A stretch of DNA of 63,487 bases, filler included, from Thraustochytrium aureum (GCA_012862495.1; 4 parts of 2 records of this genome joined end to end with filler, not necessarily neighbours in it), one strand, 5' to 3'. Positions 43,644 to 55,894 are shown, counted from the first letter of the whole stretch. The notes: generated by a model from the sequence alone, not told the origin. Program-made: numbers and translations.

Positions 43644-44581
43644 CTTCTCCAGGCCGACGAGCCGAGTTGCTCCACCTCGAGAGACCTGCGTCAACGGCAG
43701 CTCTTCAACTTGTGCTGCTGCGCTTGCTGCTCCTGAAGCCGTGCGGGAATGCGAGCGTAGAGCGCGTTTCGGGTCTGGCCTGCTCGGCCGGCGCATGGAT
43801 CGAGCGAGTTGGAGTTGGGCCTACGGGTGCATGCATGTGCTCATTGCATGTGCTCGCGGGCCAGCAATGACGAAGAAAAACAACACGCCACGGTCGGAAG
43901 CAGGACGCGCTGCCGGGCGCATGCTTGCGCGCCTCAAAGCTNNNNNNNNNNNNNNNNNNNNNNNNNNNNNNNNNNNNNNNNNNNNNNNNNNNNNNNNNNN
44001 NNNNNNNNNNNNNNNNNNNNNNNNNNNNNNNNNNNNNNNNNNNNNNNNNNNNNNNNNNNNNNNNNNNNNNNNNNNNNNNNNNNNNNNNNNNNNNNNNNNN
44101 NNNNNNNNNNNNNNNNNNNNNNNNNNNNNNNNNNNNNNNNNNNNNNNNNNNNNNNNNNNNNNNNNNNNNNNNNNNNNNNNNNNNNNNNNNNNNNNNNNNN
44201 NNNNNNNNNNNNNNNNNNNNNNNNNNNNNNNNNNNNNNNNNNNNNNNNNNNNNNNNNNNNNNNNNNNNNNNNNNNNNNNNNNNNNNNNNNNNNNNNNNNN
44301 NNNNNNNNNNNNNNNNNNGGAAGGATGGATGGATTGATCAGCGGCGCGCCGCGTTGGAATGGTGCTGTGGCGCGCAGAGTCAGTCGAAGGCGAAGCGTGC
44401 TCGTGTTTTTTTTTGCGCCGATAGATTGGTCTCCAAGGAGCTGGACTTGCTCAGCTTGCGCTGGGCGAGCGAGGGAGCGCGGCGGTCGCGATGATCCGGC
44501 AGGCTCTCTCTAGAGTAGAGCTAGCTCGAGCGAGAGCTTGGTTTTTACAATGGCTCTCTCGAACGAGTGCTTGGTTTGGGG

Positions 44582-46024
44582 TCAGGTCAGGGGGATGAGG
44601 TCGAGGGCATCGTCGGCGTTGAATCGGATGGCGTGCTCGGCCAGCGCTGGATCCTCGTGGTCGAGGCTCACTACGTCCACCTCTACCGCGATCTCGTTGC
44701 TAGGGCGCCCTGCGCCGCCAGAGCGGCCAGTCGCGCGGTCGCCAGCGCGAGGGTTTTTGTCAAACTCGTCCTCGCGCTCGTGGTACTCTGCGTTCTCTTC
44801 GAGCTGGACAAAGTTCGGGGCGAAGGCGCTCCAGCTCTCTGAACGGTGCGTCGACCAGAGCAGTAGGTGGCCGTCATAGCTCAGCGATACCACGAGCGGC
44901 CTGCACGGGTGCCACACGAGGTCGCGCACGAGACCATGGATTGGCGAGGGCAGCTTGGCCATGTGCCGGCCGAGAACGTTCCACACGTGCAGCGTGTGCG
45001 TCTTGGAGCAAGCACCGATGACGTACTCGGCGTCTGGCGAGAGCGCGCAGCTCGACCACCGCGTGCCCTCCACCGAGTCTTGCAGGTCCAGCTTGTGCGA
45101 CAGCGCGGCTCCGTCCCAGTCGAGCATGTGGATCACCTTGTCCGTGACCTGCATCAGCAGGACCCGCCCGCTCTTGCTCAGGACGAGCCGCTGCACAAAC
45201 CCCTTGCGCACTACGGGCGAGTGGCACGCACCATGTGCCCCAGTTGCGGCGTCAAACACATGCACGGCACCGTTTGCTCCGCCCACAAGCACCATCGACC
45301 CGTCCGCGCTGAAGGTAGCCACAATCGCCTTGGGTTTGAGTTTCGCTTCCTTGTCGGACCGCTCCCAGCGAAGCTCGCGCAATCCTGCGAGTTGGGCGCG
45401 CGGGATCTCGCCCGCGCTCCCGACCGCGAGGTCAAAGACGACGGGCCAAGGCCACGATCCTTCGTCGCCCTTTGAAGGGCTCGCAGATCCCTTCGCGCCG
45501 TCGCGCTTTGCTGGGGCTGCCAAGCTCACGAGGCATTGCATGTTTCCTTGTGACCCGAACGCGGGCGACGCCGAGGCCCCTGCTACTGGTTGCTCAAACA
45601 CGGCCGCGAACTTGCACGCAAACCCTTTCAGGTCGTGCACCTTGACCGTCCCGTCGATCGAGGTGCTCAACACCAGCCGGCTCGCGTGCCGCGGCAGGTA
45701 GGCGACACTGGTCACCATCGATGAGTGGCAGATGCGGGTGGCGACGGGCTGCCGCGTCACCATGTCGCGCACATAAACGCGCCCGGTCACCAGCGACCCA
45801 ACCAGCAGGTATGACCCTCGAGCTGAGAACGCGCAGCACTGCGCCACCTCGCGGAGTATTGTCGGTCCCTTGCTTTTGGCTTCCGTTCGTGGCTTCTTCA
45901 GCGGCCGGGGCTCCTCGACCGCGGCCTCCGCCCCGTACACGCCGGGCGGCACTACGACCTGCTCCAAAAAGCTCGGATAGTCCGACGCGAACGGGTCCTT
46001 GAGTGCCTGCAGCAGCGCGCTCAT
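44582..46024 (-). CDS. RBBP5: RBBP5/Swd1 WD40 subunit of the COMPASS/SET1 H3K4 methyltransferase
   Basis: N-terminal LKDPFASDYP, WD40 repeats, and the diagnostic WSAFAPNFVQLEENAEYHEREDEFD and VDV motifs. Confidence 0.88.
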   Translation of the reverse strand: MSALLQALKDPFASDYPSFLEQVVVPPGVYGAEAAVEEPRPLKKPRTEAKSKGPTILREVAQCCAFSARGSYLLVGSLVTGRVYVRDMVTRQPVATRICHSSMVTSVAYLPRHASRLVLSTSIDGTVKVHDLKGFACKFAAVFEQPVAGASASPAFGSQGNMQCLVSLAAPAKRDGAKGSASPSKGDEGSWPWPVVFDLAVGSAGEIPRAQLAGLRELRWERSDKEAKLKPKAIVATFSADGSMVLVGGANGAVHVFDAATGAHGACHSPVVRKGFVQRLVLSKSGRVLLMQVTDKVIHMLDWDGAALSHKLDLQDSVEGTRWSSCALSPDAEYVIGACSKTHTLHVWNVLGRHMAKLPSPIHGLVRDLVWHPCRPLVVSLSYDGHLLLWSTHRSESWSAFAPNFVQLEENAEYHEREDEFDKNPRAGDRATGRSGGAGRPSNEIAVEVDVVSLDHEDPALAEHAIRFNADDALDLIPLT

Positions 46025-46152
46025 CCTGTCCACCGACAACTGGCGCCGCCCCAGGCGGAAGATGCACTTCCGGGACCACCTCGCCCGCCCGGGATGGGCG
46101 GCCCAGGGCTGCCTCTGCCGCGTATGCCGCAGCAGCCGCTTCGGGAGCTTTA

Positions 46153-46193
46153 GCTGCTGCTGCTGCTGCTGCTGCTGCTTCAGCTGCTGCTGC
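46153..46193. repeat. (CTG)n microsatellite at a gap edge
   Basis: Read directly. Confidence 0.9.
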
Positions 46194-46672
46194 NNNNNNN
46201 NNNNNNNNNNNNNNNNNNNNNNNNNNNNNNNNNNNNNNNNNNNNNNNNNNNNNNNNNNNNNNNNNNNNNNNNNNNNNNNNNNNNNNNNNNNNNNNNNNNN
46301 NNNNNNNNNNNNNNNNNNNNNNNNNNNNNNNNNNNNNNNNNNNNNNNNNNNNNNNNNNNNNNNNNNNNNNNNNNNNNNNNNNNNNNNNNNNNNNNNNNNN
46401 NNNNNNNNNNNNNNNNNNNNNNNNNNNNNNNNNNNNNNNNNNNNNNNNNNNNNNNNNNNNNNNNNNNNNNNNNNNNNNNNNNNNNNNNNNNNNNNNNNNN
46501 NNNNNNNNNNNNNNNNNNNNNNNNNNNNNNNNNNNNNNNNNNNNNNNNNNNNNNNNNNNNNNNNNNNNNNNNNNNNNNNNNNNNNNNNNNNNNNNNNNNN
46601 NNNNNNNNNNNNNNNNNNNNNNNNNNNNNNNNNNNNNNNNNNNNNNNNNNNNNNNNNNNNNNNNNNNNNNNN

Positions 46673-49600
46673 TGATCCGCTCGGAGACACGGTTGGCACG
46701 TTGCTCGGCGACCCTGATTGTCCTTCATTTGGCGACCTAGACGGTGTGTGGACGGCGTGGAGCTGGGCGTCGACGAGGGCGCCACGCTTGGGTTTGTTGA
46801 AGGCGCGACGCTTGGTGACGTTGTCGGCGAGGCGCTCGGACCCTGTGTTGGCCCATTGGTCGGAGTCGCCGATGGGCTCTTGGTCGGACTCGTTGATGGG
46901 CTCTTAGTCGGGCTCTTGGTCGGGCTCTTCGTTGGACTCCTTGTCGGACTAGTCGATGGGCTTGCAGTTGGGCTTTTCGACGGGCTCTTGGTCGGGCTCG
47001 TGGTCGGACTCTTGGTCGGGCTGCTCGACGGACTCTTTGTCGGACTTGCCGACGGGCTTGCGGTCGGCGAGGCGGACGGCGACAACGTGGGGGCCTCGGT
47101 AATCCCGTGGACGTCCTTGATGGCGTCGTGCAACGTAAAGCCTGGATCGATTTCGTTCATGACGTTCCGAAGTTGCTCATTGTCGTATGCCTCTGCAGAC
47201 AAGAGCCCCCTTGGTGACCAGTCGATGTTGTAATAGTCTGTTGGGTCCGCAATGCACACGTGCCGATTGTTTCGCCCTCCAGCCGTCTCCACATATCGGC
47301 GCCAGACGCACCCCTTGAGCCGCTCGCACTGTGCCACTTTTCGTGTTTTTCGTGCACCTGCTGCTCTGCGTGTTGAGCTTGCGCCATTCAGTGAGCCGGT
47401 ACCGATCGGTTCGTACAGATAGGCCAACCGCCCAGGTCTTGGTCGCGCCCTCGGAGAACCCCGCGCAGGTGGACCGGCGATTCCCTTGGCTGGCAACGTC
47501 ACAGACAGGCACCATTGCCACCGCAGCAGGCCCCGGGAGGCGAGAGAGCTCGACCTCTTCCGGCTCGCCCGAGTAGTTCTCGTGAAGGTGCCGCACGAGC
47601 GAGCGCCCACTCAGCTCGCCCGTGGAGAGCGGGTGCTGCTGGAAGACCGTCTGCAAGCCGGCAAAACTCCAGAAGGGTCGGGAACAAGTCGACGAGCTCG
47701 ACGATGCGGCTCTCGTGGCGCGCCGAGTTGCCATAGTCTACCGGAGGCTTGATGATGAGCGGCACGCGCAGACTCGCATCAAAAAGGGTATTCTTGCCCC
47801 AAAACCCAAAGACATTGTCCCGCCCAAGGTGGATGCCGTGGTCGCTGGTGACAACGACGAGCGTGTTGTCGTACTGGCCCGTCTCGCGCAACTTTGCAAC
47901 TATGTCTCCAAGGTACTTGTCCACAGACACGACTGCCCTGGTATAAGATTGGCGGCACTCGTCGAGCTTTCGTCCCGCCTCGCACTCCCCTTTCCCAGCG
48001 GAAATTCGCGCGATATCTGGTACGCCCTCAGTGAGCGGCGCGGCGACGGCTGCAGGGCTCACGGACAAGGTCTCTGCCCACTTGGGTACCCGGTAGTCTG
48101 AGTGCGGCCGCACAAAACCGGAGAGAATGAACCACGGCTCTGTGCCGGAGCCAAAGTGTTCGATCCAGTCGACGGTCTTGCGCATGTTCATGTAGTCGAC
48201 ACAAGTCCCCAGCTCCTTCTCTCTGGGCTCTTCGTACCGATTCCGTTCCTCGCAGGCGCACTGGTGTTGCCTTTTGCCGCACACAGAAAACGGGAATGGC
48301 TTGTCAAGAACTGGCTCAACGGTGGTGTCTGTGACGTTGAACCAATCGGTTGGAAAGAACTTGGTGCGCGTGTGAAACACCTTGCCCGTGATTCCAACTC
48401 GGTACCCTCCGTCCTTGAAGAGCCGAGGTAGAAACAGCTCGTCCAAGTAGTTGGACGGGAGGAGGTCGGTTGTAAGTAGCCTGACCGATGCGGGTACCTG
48501 CCGGTTAGAATGGAAAACCTGCTGGGGCCGCACTGAGGGTAATTCGCAAATGCATTGGCAAAGCTGACACTGTCTCCGCGCAGCGTTTCCAGGTTTGGCA
48601 GCGACTCCGGGGTCGCTGTGTCCCGCCAATCGTCCATAATCACCAGGAGAACGTTTCGCCGGTCGATTGGCATTGGCGTGACTACTCCGCCTCCGCCTGC
48701 CACCGNNNNNNNNNNNNNNNNNNNNNNNNNNNNNNNNNNNNNNNNNNNNNNNNNNNNNNNNNNNNNNNNNNNNNNNNNNNNNNNNNNNNNNNNNNNNNNN
48801 NNNNNNNNNNNNNNNNNNNNNNNNNNNNNNNNNNNNNNNNNNNNNNNNNNNNNNNNNNNNNNNNNNNNNNNNNNNNNNNNNNNNNNNNNNNNNNNNNNNN
48901 NNNNNNNNNNNNNNNNNNNNNNNNNNNNNNNNNNCCGCCCCCCGCCGCCGCCCCCGCCGCCGCCGCCCAAGTCTGTCGGGCGCTGCGTCGGACTGCGCGT
49001 TGGAAAGCGAGTCGGCTCTGGCGTGGGCCTCTTCGTTGGTCTCCACGTGGGACTGCGCGTTGGCCGTGAGGTGGTCGGCGCCTTGGTGGGCCGACCAGTT
49101 GTCGGCTTTGGTGTGACAGGCGCCCTTGTTGGTCTTGGGGTGCGATTCCCGTTCCGAGACACAACCGGCGATTTGGTTGGGCGGGGCGTTGGCGCGAGGC
49201 TTGGGACACGCGTTGGTTCCGGAGTCGGTGTCACGAGAACCTCGCTCATGACGAACAACTCGGCCCCTCTCGAGCTCCGCCTCCTGCAAGGCTCCTGGAA
49301 CAGATCGCAATAGTTCGCAGAGCGGTCTGCAAAGTAGTACGCGCATGATGGGCTGCTGAGGCACTCTGCGAGGCAGACTTGCGCATCGCCCGACTGCACG
49401 GTTTTCAGGTAAGTGGCTTGCCTGCAGGCCGTGTTCCTGATTGCATACCGCGCTAGAAGCTCGCGCTGCTCGAATAGGGCGACATTTCCCGACGCAGACT
49501 CCGCCTTGCACGTGGAATCAAACAAGAGGCACTCGGTCGCATCAAAGTCTACCACAAACCAACTACACTCGGCGACTGCGCCGCACTCAAGGAAGCAGAG

Positions 49601-49846
49601 TTTTTCGTCGGCGACTTGCGCCAGCCCGACCTGCCCAAGCCCCGTCCTAGCGCACTGCATGCCGACTTTTGCATGCACTGAAAGATCCTTGTCCGATTTC
49701 CTCCGAAGCGCGCGTGCGGCGTCGCGCGACACCGCGTCCTCCGCCCGGCCCCAGGTCCTGCTCACCCAAGCCTCATCGCCTGCCGCAACAATCACAGCCG
49801 CGGCAACCACCGCTGCAGCCACGGCCCGCCGATTCCTCGCGCCCAT
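46673..49846 (-). CDS. Secreted formylglycine sulfatase (iduronate-2-sulfatase-like) with N-terminal PAN/apple-like domains and PT/SPTK mucin-like repeats; one gap, frameshifts near 48470, 47620 and 47340; C-terminus runs into a gap
   Basis: Signal peptide; two Cys modules (C..EC....ECSWF...CLLF and CLAECLSSPSCAYYF...CDLF); NVLLVIMDDWR; QCGPSRFSILTGRYP (CxPSR); GKVFH; GFVRPH; TSDHG; WGKNTLFD; ELVDLFPTL; SPTKSP repeats. Confidence 0.9.
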
Positions 49847-50913
49847 CCGTCGTCAACCACGTCGCGCTCGCGTCACGGCGCCGCGACGCCTTCCTCCAAC
49901 TACTTGACGCCGGTCCGTCGCGCACCGCACGAGGCAGCCAGCANNNNNNNNNNNNNNNNNNNNNNNNNNNNNNNNNNNNNNNNNNNNNNNNNNNNNNNNN
50001 NNNNNNNNNNNNNNNNNNNNNNNNNNNNNNNNNNNNNNNNNNNNNNNNNNNNNNNNNNNNNNNNNNNNNNNNNNNNNNNNNNNNNNNNNNNNNNNNNNNN
50101 NNNNNNNNNNNNNNNNNNNNNNNNNNNNNNNNNNNNNNNNNNNNNNNNNNNNNNNNNNNNNNNNNNNNNNNNNNNNNNNNNNNNNNNNNNNNNNNNNNNN
50201 NNNNNNNNNNNNNNNNNNNNNNNNNNNNNNNNNNNNNNNNNNNNNNNNNNNNNNNNNNNNNNNNNNNNNNNNNNNNNNNNNNNNNNNNNNNNNNNNNNNN
50301 NNNNNNNNNNNNNNNNNNNNNNNNNNNNNNNNNNNNNNNNNNNNNNNNNNNNNNNNNNNNNNNNNNNNNNNNNNNNNNNNNNNNNNNNNNNNNNNNNNNN
50401 NNNNNNNNNNNNNNNNNNNNNNNNNNNNNNNNNNNNNNNNNNNNNNNNNNNNNNNNNNNNNNNNNNNNNNNNNNNNNNNNNNNNNNNNNNNNNNNNNNNN
50501 NNNNNNNNNNNNNNNNNNNNNNNNNNNNNNNNNNNNNNNNNNNNNNNNNNNNNNNNNNNNNNNNNNNNNNNNNNNNNNNNNNNNNNNNNNNNNNNNNNNN
50601 NNNNNNNNNNNNNNNNNNNNNNNNNNNNNNNNNNNNNNNNNNNNNNNNNNNNNNNNNNNNNNNNNNNNNNNNNNNNNNNNNNNNNNNNNNNNNNNNNNNN
50701 NNNNNNNNNNNNNNNNNNNNNNNNNNNNNNNNNNNNNNNNNNNNNNNNNNNNNNNNNNNNNNNNNNNNNNNNNNNNNNNNNNNNNNNNNNNNNNNNNNNN
50801 NNNNNNNNNNNNNNNNNNNNNNNNNNNNNNNNNNNNNNNNNNNNNNNNNNNNNNNNNNNNNNNNNNNNNNNNNNNNNNNNNNNNNNNNNNNNNNNNNNNN
50901 NNNNNNNNNNNNN

Positions 50914-52605
50914 TCACTGTCAAGGAGCCCGAACGGGTCGCCCGAAGCATCAATCACGCCCAAAGCTGCTCCATAGGCCTCCGTGACGCCCACCAACGAG
51001 CCGCGCACCTGGAGCGTGACAACGACACTCCCTGCCTGAGCACTTTTGAAGACGATCGATCCAGGGCGAGGCGCCAAACGCGCGTTGGCCTATGTCGACC
51101 ATGTATCTGGCAAACCGCGGCGAGCTGTGCACGGTCCGGCTAAACGTCGCTCGCTCAAACCTCCAAACCACGTCCTCGAACCCGAAGGGTGTCGCTTGTG
51201 GGGAAGAAGTCGGTGCGTCGGTTTGCGCTTCTGGGGTCGCTGGCGGGGAAGAAATCGGCGAGCCTGTGCGTAGAGGCGGGGCCTCCCCGTCGAAAAGAAC
51301 GACGACTGGCCAGGTTCGCAACGAATCGAGGGCCGCGTCGTCGCTGTCGCTGCACCTCACTTTTGCACCGCCCTCGTAGCTGACAAGCTGATTTCCGCCT
51401 TCCTCGGGCACCGTTAAAAGCTCCAGCAGATCACTCGAGGTTGCGACAACCCACGCTGTCAGCGACCCGGATGCGGCTGGTTCAATCTCGAAGCTTTTTG
51501 GGGAAGGCAGGGAGATGCTCAACCACCGCGGCCCAGCAGATCCTTCCGCGCGCTCGGCTGGTGCAGTCACTTGCGCGAGCTCTGTCCCGGGCGTACCGTC
51601 CGGGCCGTCGCCTTTCACGAGTCGTATCGTCACATTCCCGGTTCCCTTGCCGACAAAGATTCGGAAGGAGCAGAGCGCCCCGGTCGCATTTCCGATCTGG
51701 ATGCGCTGTGCGAGTGCTTCGGTGCCCAGCGGGACGTTGCATCCGGACGACTCAAGCGTATTTTCCAAGTCGAGCTCGAGTGACGAGTATGCGGCTTGAC
51801 AACGGGGGCCGGGTACGGTCTCATCGGTTTCTGGCGGGCCTAGACGATCGCCCAACCGAAGAAAAACTGGAGCTTTCAGTTGCACTCCGTTGCGCTCCCA
51901 GGTTTTGATGCGAGGCTGTGGGAACAGGTCCGGCAAAGGGTCGTTGGCGCTGCCGGCGAATATATGCGTCGCAAAATCGTCTTGCCCACCAGACTCCTCG
52001 GCCAAGCCGAGGGCAGGGATCCCACCGAAGCCGACCCAGTACTCGCCGGCGTCGAGATTGACGGGGCCCGGCAGCGATGCAGTCACCACCGCGAAGCGTT
52101 CTGGGTGGCTCAGAAGGGGTGACACTGATCTTTGAGTCGTTTGAGCGAGAATGGCGCCTGGCCGCGCTGCACCTCCAACATCGCCTGCTGAGCTGTAAAT
52201 TGCAATCGCAGCTGGCTCGACGAGGAGAGCTGCCTTTTGGGCTACAAACACTGTAATCCCGCACAAGCGTGCGTTCTGTTGCACGGAGATCTTTTGGAAT
52301 ACTCGTACGGTTTCCGGAAACGCGCTGTAGATGAATCGCACTGGAAACGCGGTCTCGTTAGCTCCACCAGGACCGACCACAACGTGCTTGACGCCTTTGC
52401 ACCCTGCGTCACACCCTTGCAGCAGTCCAAAGCTGACAAGGCTGGCCAAGGCCAGCGACCACAATGCACCGCTGCTCTGCCCCCGCCGCTCTCGTTTCGC
52501 GCGTCGGTACTCCAGACGTCTCGCGGCCCTCGCCACGCTCTGCAGTTTGTCCTCGTCGATTTTGGGACTCGGCGACCGAGCAGGGCCAGCGCCCATCGAA
52601 GCCAT
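50914..52605 (-). CDS. Secreted/membrane protein with two tandem beta-sandwich domains, a PT linker and a SEA-like segment; frameshift near 51065; runs into a gap
   Basis: Hydrophobic ALWSLALASLVSFGLL; internal repeat QKI..LCGITVFV..PGAILAQ..LPGPVNLDAGEYWV versus QRI..LCSFRIFV..PGTELAQ..LPSP..AWV; shifted frame IVFKSAQAGSVVVTLQV. Confidence 0.65.
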
Positions 52606-53529
52606 ACCGACCGCGCGCGCCCTGCCCCTTCCCTTGCTTGGCCTGTCCTGCGCTGCGGCGTGCGTATTCGGCTCTGCCTGCTAAGTAAGCTGCGCCAGAA
52701 TTGGGTCAGGTGGAGCTATTTGTCTCCCTTGGACCTTCTTTCAAGAATGGTCCCAAATTAGAGTAGGCCGCCTACCTACTTCCGATTCGAGTACGAAGGC
52801 GTCCCAGGGCCCGAAGGCCTGTGGATGGACTTATCAGTGGACATCAGATGCCGTGGGACGAAAAAAGAACGGCCGCAACTTGGCAGCAACTGCGAAGAGT
52901 TTGGTGGTTGAGTTGTTCGTTCTGAACTGCATGCAGACGTAAGTCGCTCAAGACGCCTCGCGGTGCCGCGAGCCGTCTTGATCGCAGGGCCGGCCTATCT
53001 TTTGCACGCGCACGAGTAGCCGGCGGGGCGAAAAAGGCTCGAAAGCCCTCACCCATGCGGATGTTAGGCCGCGCTGCGCTGCCTCGCGCGCCATGTCTCT
53101 ACGTCGCACGATAAGCGCGCTACTTGNNNNNNNNNNNNNNNNNNNNNNNNNNNNNNNNNNNNNNNNNNNNNNNNNNNNNNNNNNNNNNNNNNNNNNNNNN
53201 NNNNNNNNNNNNNNNNNNNNNNNNNNNNNNNNNNNNNNNNNNNNNNNNNNNNNNNNNNNNNNNNNNNNNNNNNNNNNNNNNNNNNNNNNNNNNNNNNNNN
53301 NNNNNNNNNNNNNNNNNNNNNNNNNNNNNNNNNNNNNNNNNNNNNNNNNNNNNNNNNNNNNNNNNNNNNNNNNNNNNNNNNNNNNNNNNNNNNNNNNNNN
53401 NNNNNNNNNNNNNNNNNNNNNNNNNNNNNNNNNNNNNNNNNNNNNNNNNNNNNNNNNNNNNNNNNNNNNNNNNNNNNNNNNNNNNNNNNNNNNNNNNNNN
53501 NNNNNNNNNNNNNNNNNNNNNNNNTGTCC

Positions 53530-53567
53530 CGTAATAACTTCGTATAGCATACATTATACGAAGTTAT
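53530..53567 (+). other. loxP site (53534-53567) from an untrimmed Cre-lox mate-pair linker; artefact
   Basis: Exact ATAACTTCGTATAGCATACATTATACGAAGTTAT preceded by CGTA, as in the 454 Titanium paired-end linker; sits at a contig end. Confidence 0.95.
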
Positions 53568-54739
53568 TTTGCGCCGCTTTTAGAGACCTCCCCGCCCTTC
53601 CTCGCCGCTGGAGCAGCGGAAGTAGCCCCCACTGCGGTCTTCTGCTGTGCCGGCTTGGCTTTGCCGGCCTTGGCCGCGGTCTTGCTCTTTGCGGGTGCTA
53701 CGCCCTTCGGCTTGTCCCCCGCTTTCCTCGCAGAATCCTTGCCGCGTGACGCCTTCTTGCGATCGCGCTGCTTCCTTTCGTTGTTTTGCTGGCTCACCTT
53801 GGTGCTTTGATCAAGCATGAACTGCAGCAGAGCCGATACGGCAGGCTTGGCGGCTGGCTCGGCCAGCGTTCCAATCTGTGCAGCTTGCTCCCCAGCCGCA
53901 CCTGCTCCTGGCGCCGACCGTCGCAGGGCTTGCGGCACAGCAGCTCCACCGGACGTCGCTGCCACAAAAGCAAGAAACTCGGGGTCTTGCGCAAGCGTGC
54001 CCGAGAGGTTGGTCGAGTTCGGGTGGCGTCGAGGAGCTGCGACGCGCCTGTTGAGAGCTAGCTCACAGACGCAAGGAACGCGCGGGAGGTCGGAATCTGG
54101 GGTTGGCCCATCGTCCAGAACAAGCTCGTTGAGGTCCTCCGCTTCTCCCGCTCGCACGGCTTCCTCGCTCGACGGTTCGCCAGCGAGCCCCCCTTCAAGC
54201 GGCTCAGGAGCATCGACGGCGACCTTTGGCCGGGCGATGAACCGCTTGCCGTCCAGGTCTGAGCAAAATGCTAGCGCGGCGGCCTCGCTCCGGAAAACCA
54301 AAAAGGCCGTAGCAGGGCGGGGCAAGGCGCCAGGCCGGCGCGCCACCTTTCCAGCGAGAAAATTCGAGAGCTCAAAGTCGTGCTCAGCATCGAGGAGGCT
54401 GCCGACCTGCTGTAGGAACTGGTCTGCGCTTTCAAAGCACTCTGGAAGGCGGCGGACGGCCACCTTGCGCTTGGCAGGGATGCCAGCCAGCCCCCCAGTC
54501 CTTCGGTCAGCAGAGCGCGGATCGCGCCGCTTGGAGGCCGAGCCCCTCTTAGCCGTCGTGCCGCGCTTGCGCTGCGCCTTGTGCGGCGCCGCGCCGCGAG
54601 GCCCGTTCTGGCTGCCTGTCTTGCTTGGCGCGGTCGCGGGCTCGGCGTTGCTCGCCTTGCCCTGCGTCGCCGCCTTGGCGCCTCTTCCGTTGCGGTCCTT
54701 CCCTTTCCGCGCCCTGCTCTTCTTCCCCTCGGCATTCTC
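53568..54739 (-). CDS. UPF3: UPF3/Smg4 nonsense-mediated decay factor-like, partial at both ends
   Basis: KVAVRRLP, AFLVFRSEAAALAFCSDLDGKRF, VCELAL and GTLAQDPEFLAFV match the UPF3 RRM-like pattern. The frame is open to the spacer, and the apparent stop falls inside loxP. Confidence 0.78.
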
Positions 54740-54839
54740 NNNNNNNNNNNNNNNNNNNNNNNNNNNNNNNNNNNNNNNNNNNNTTAATTAATTAANNNNN
54801 NNNNNNNNNNNNNNNNNNNNNNNNNNNNNNNNNNNNNNN
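54740..54839. other. Artificial scaffold-joining spacer
   Basis: N44-TTAATTAATTAA-N44. Confidence 0.95.
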
Positions 54840-55894
54840 AAACCAAACCAACCCAATCAATCCGCGCCCGCGCGACTTCCTTCCTTCCTCCTTGCCACGC
54901 AGCGCGCAGCACGATCCGCAGCAAAGCGCTCGCACAGGTCTCGACAGCCAGCTCCTCACTGCGCGCTGCACCGCCCTGGCGCCTCCCGCAACGCGCCTCT
55001 GTTCTGATCACGCCTCGTGCGAGCGAGTACCTCTCCTCGCCTCTCTCTGCGACCCACTCCTTATATTCATCACGGGGAAACCGCTCTGGTTATACCGATT
55101 GGCGAACCCCTCTCGCTCCGGGTTTCGGGGAATATATAAAAACATATTCTTTGTGCAACGACCGCCTCTACCACCAGACTTGCGCACCTGCGCTAGTTTT
55201 CTCGAATTTTTATAATTTTGTTTCGCGTGGTTTGGTTTTAGCTGCACAGCTGCGAGTCGTTGCAATACAAGAAGCGCGTAGTAGTTTTATGTAGACGTGA
55301 TTGGAGATCCTGGTCTGGTACGGCCGTGGCGCTGGCGTCGGGAGAATCGGAGATATAAGTTCGGCAGTGGATTGTCCGACCCAAGTTCGCAGCAGACCGC
55401 TGACGGAGGCCGCGCGGCTGCGGTGAGTTGAGCGCGCGTCTCCGTAGGCCCTGACACGCCGAGGACGCTGCGAGCGCTAGCTGAAGGACCGCGCGACTCG
55501 CCGCCAAAGCGCGGCACCCCAGGACGCCGGCCGGCGGCTGCATTGAGCGTGCCTCTTGAGAGCGTCGACGCTTTTACGCGCGCTGGCTGAAGTGAATGCT
55601 GGCGGACGCGGCCAGGTGACTCGCAACACGCATAGTCCCGGCACTCGAAGCCGGCCCGCGGTTGGGCTGAGCGCGCCTCGCTCACGAGCTTGAGCTTGAG
55701 CTCTGGCACATCGAGGACGCTGCGAGCACAAGCCGAATAACGCCTGATTCTCAAGACGTGACTCAAAGTGGGCGAATCCCGCAGCACTCCAGGACGCTGG
55801 AGGCTGAGCACCACAAAGCACGCATCGAGAGCAGAGCAAGCGCAAGCGGAGAACGCGGGCTGCGCGCGTCACAGACGCCGGCCAGGTTCGCGCT

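Noticed and set aside
49669..51077. Long ORFs that run through N gaps
   Set aside because: Their length comes from Ns lacking stop codons.
53534..53567. loxP as a natural P1/Cre recombination system or HGT
   Set aside because: It carries the flanking bases of the mate-pair linker, sits at a contig end, and no recombinase is nearby.
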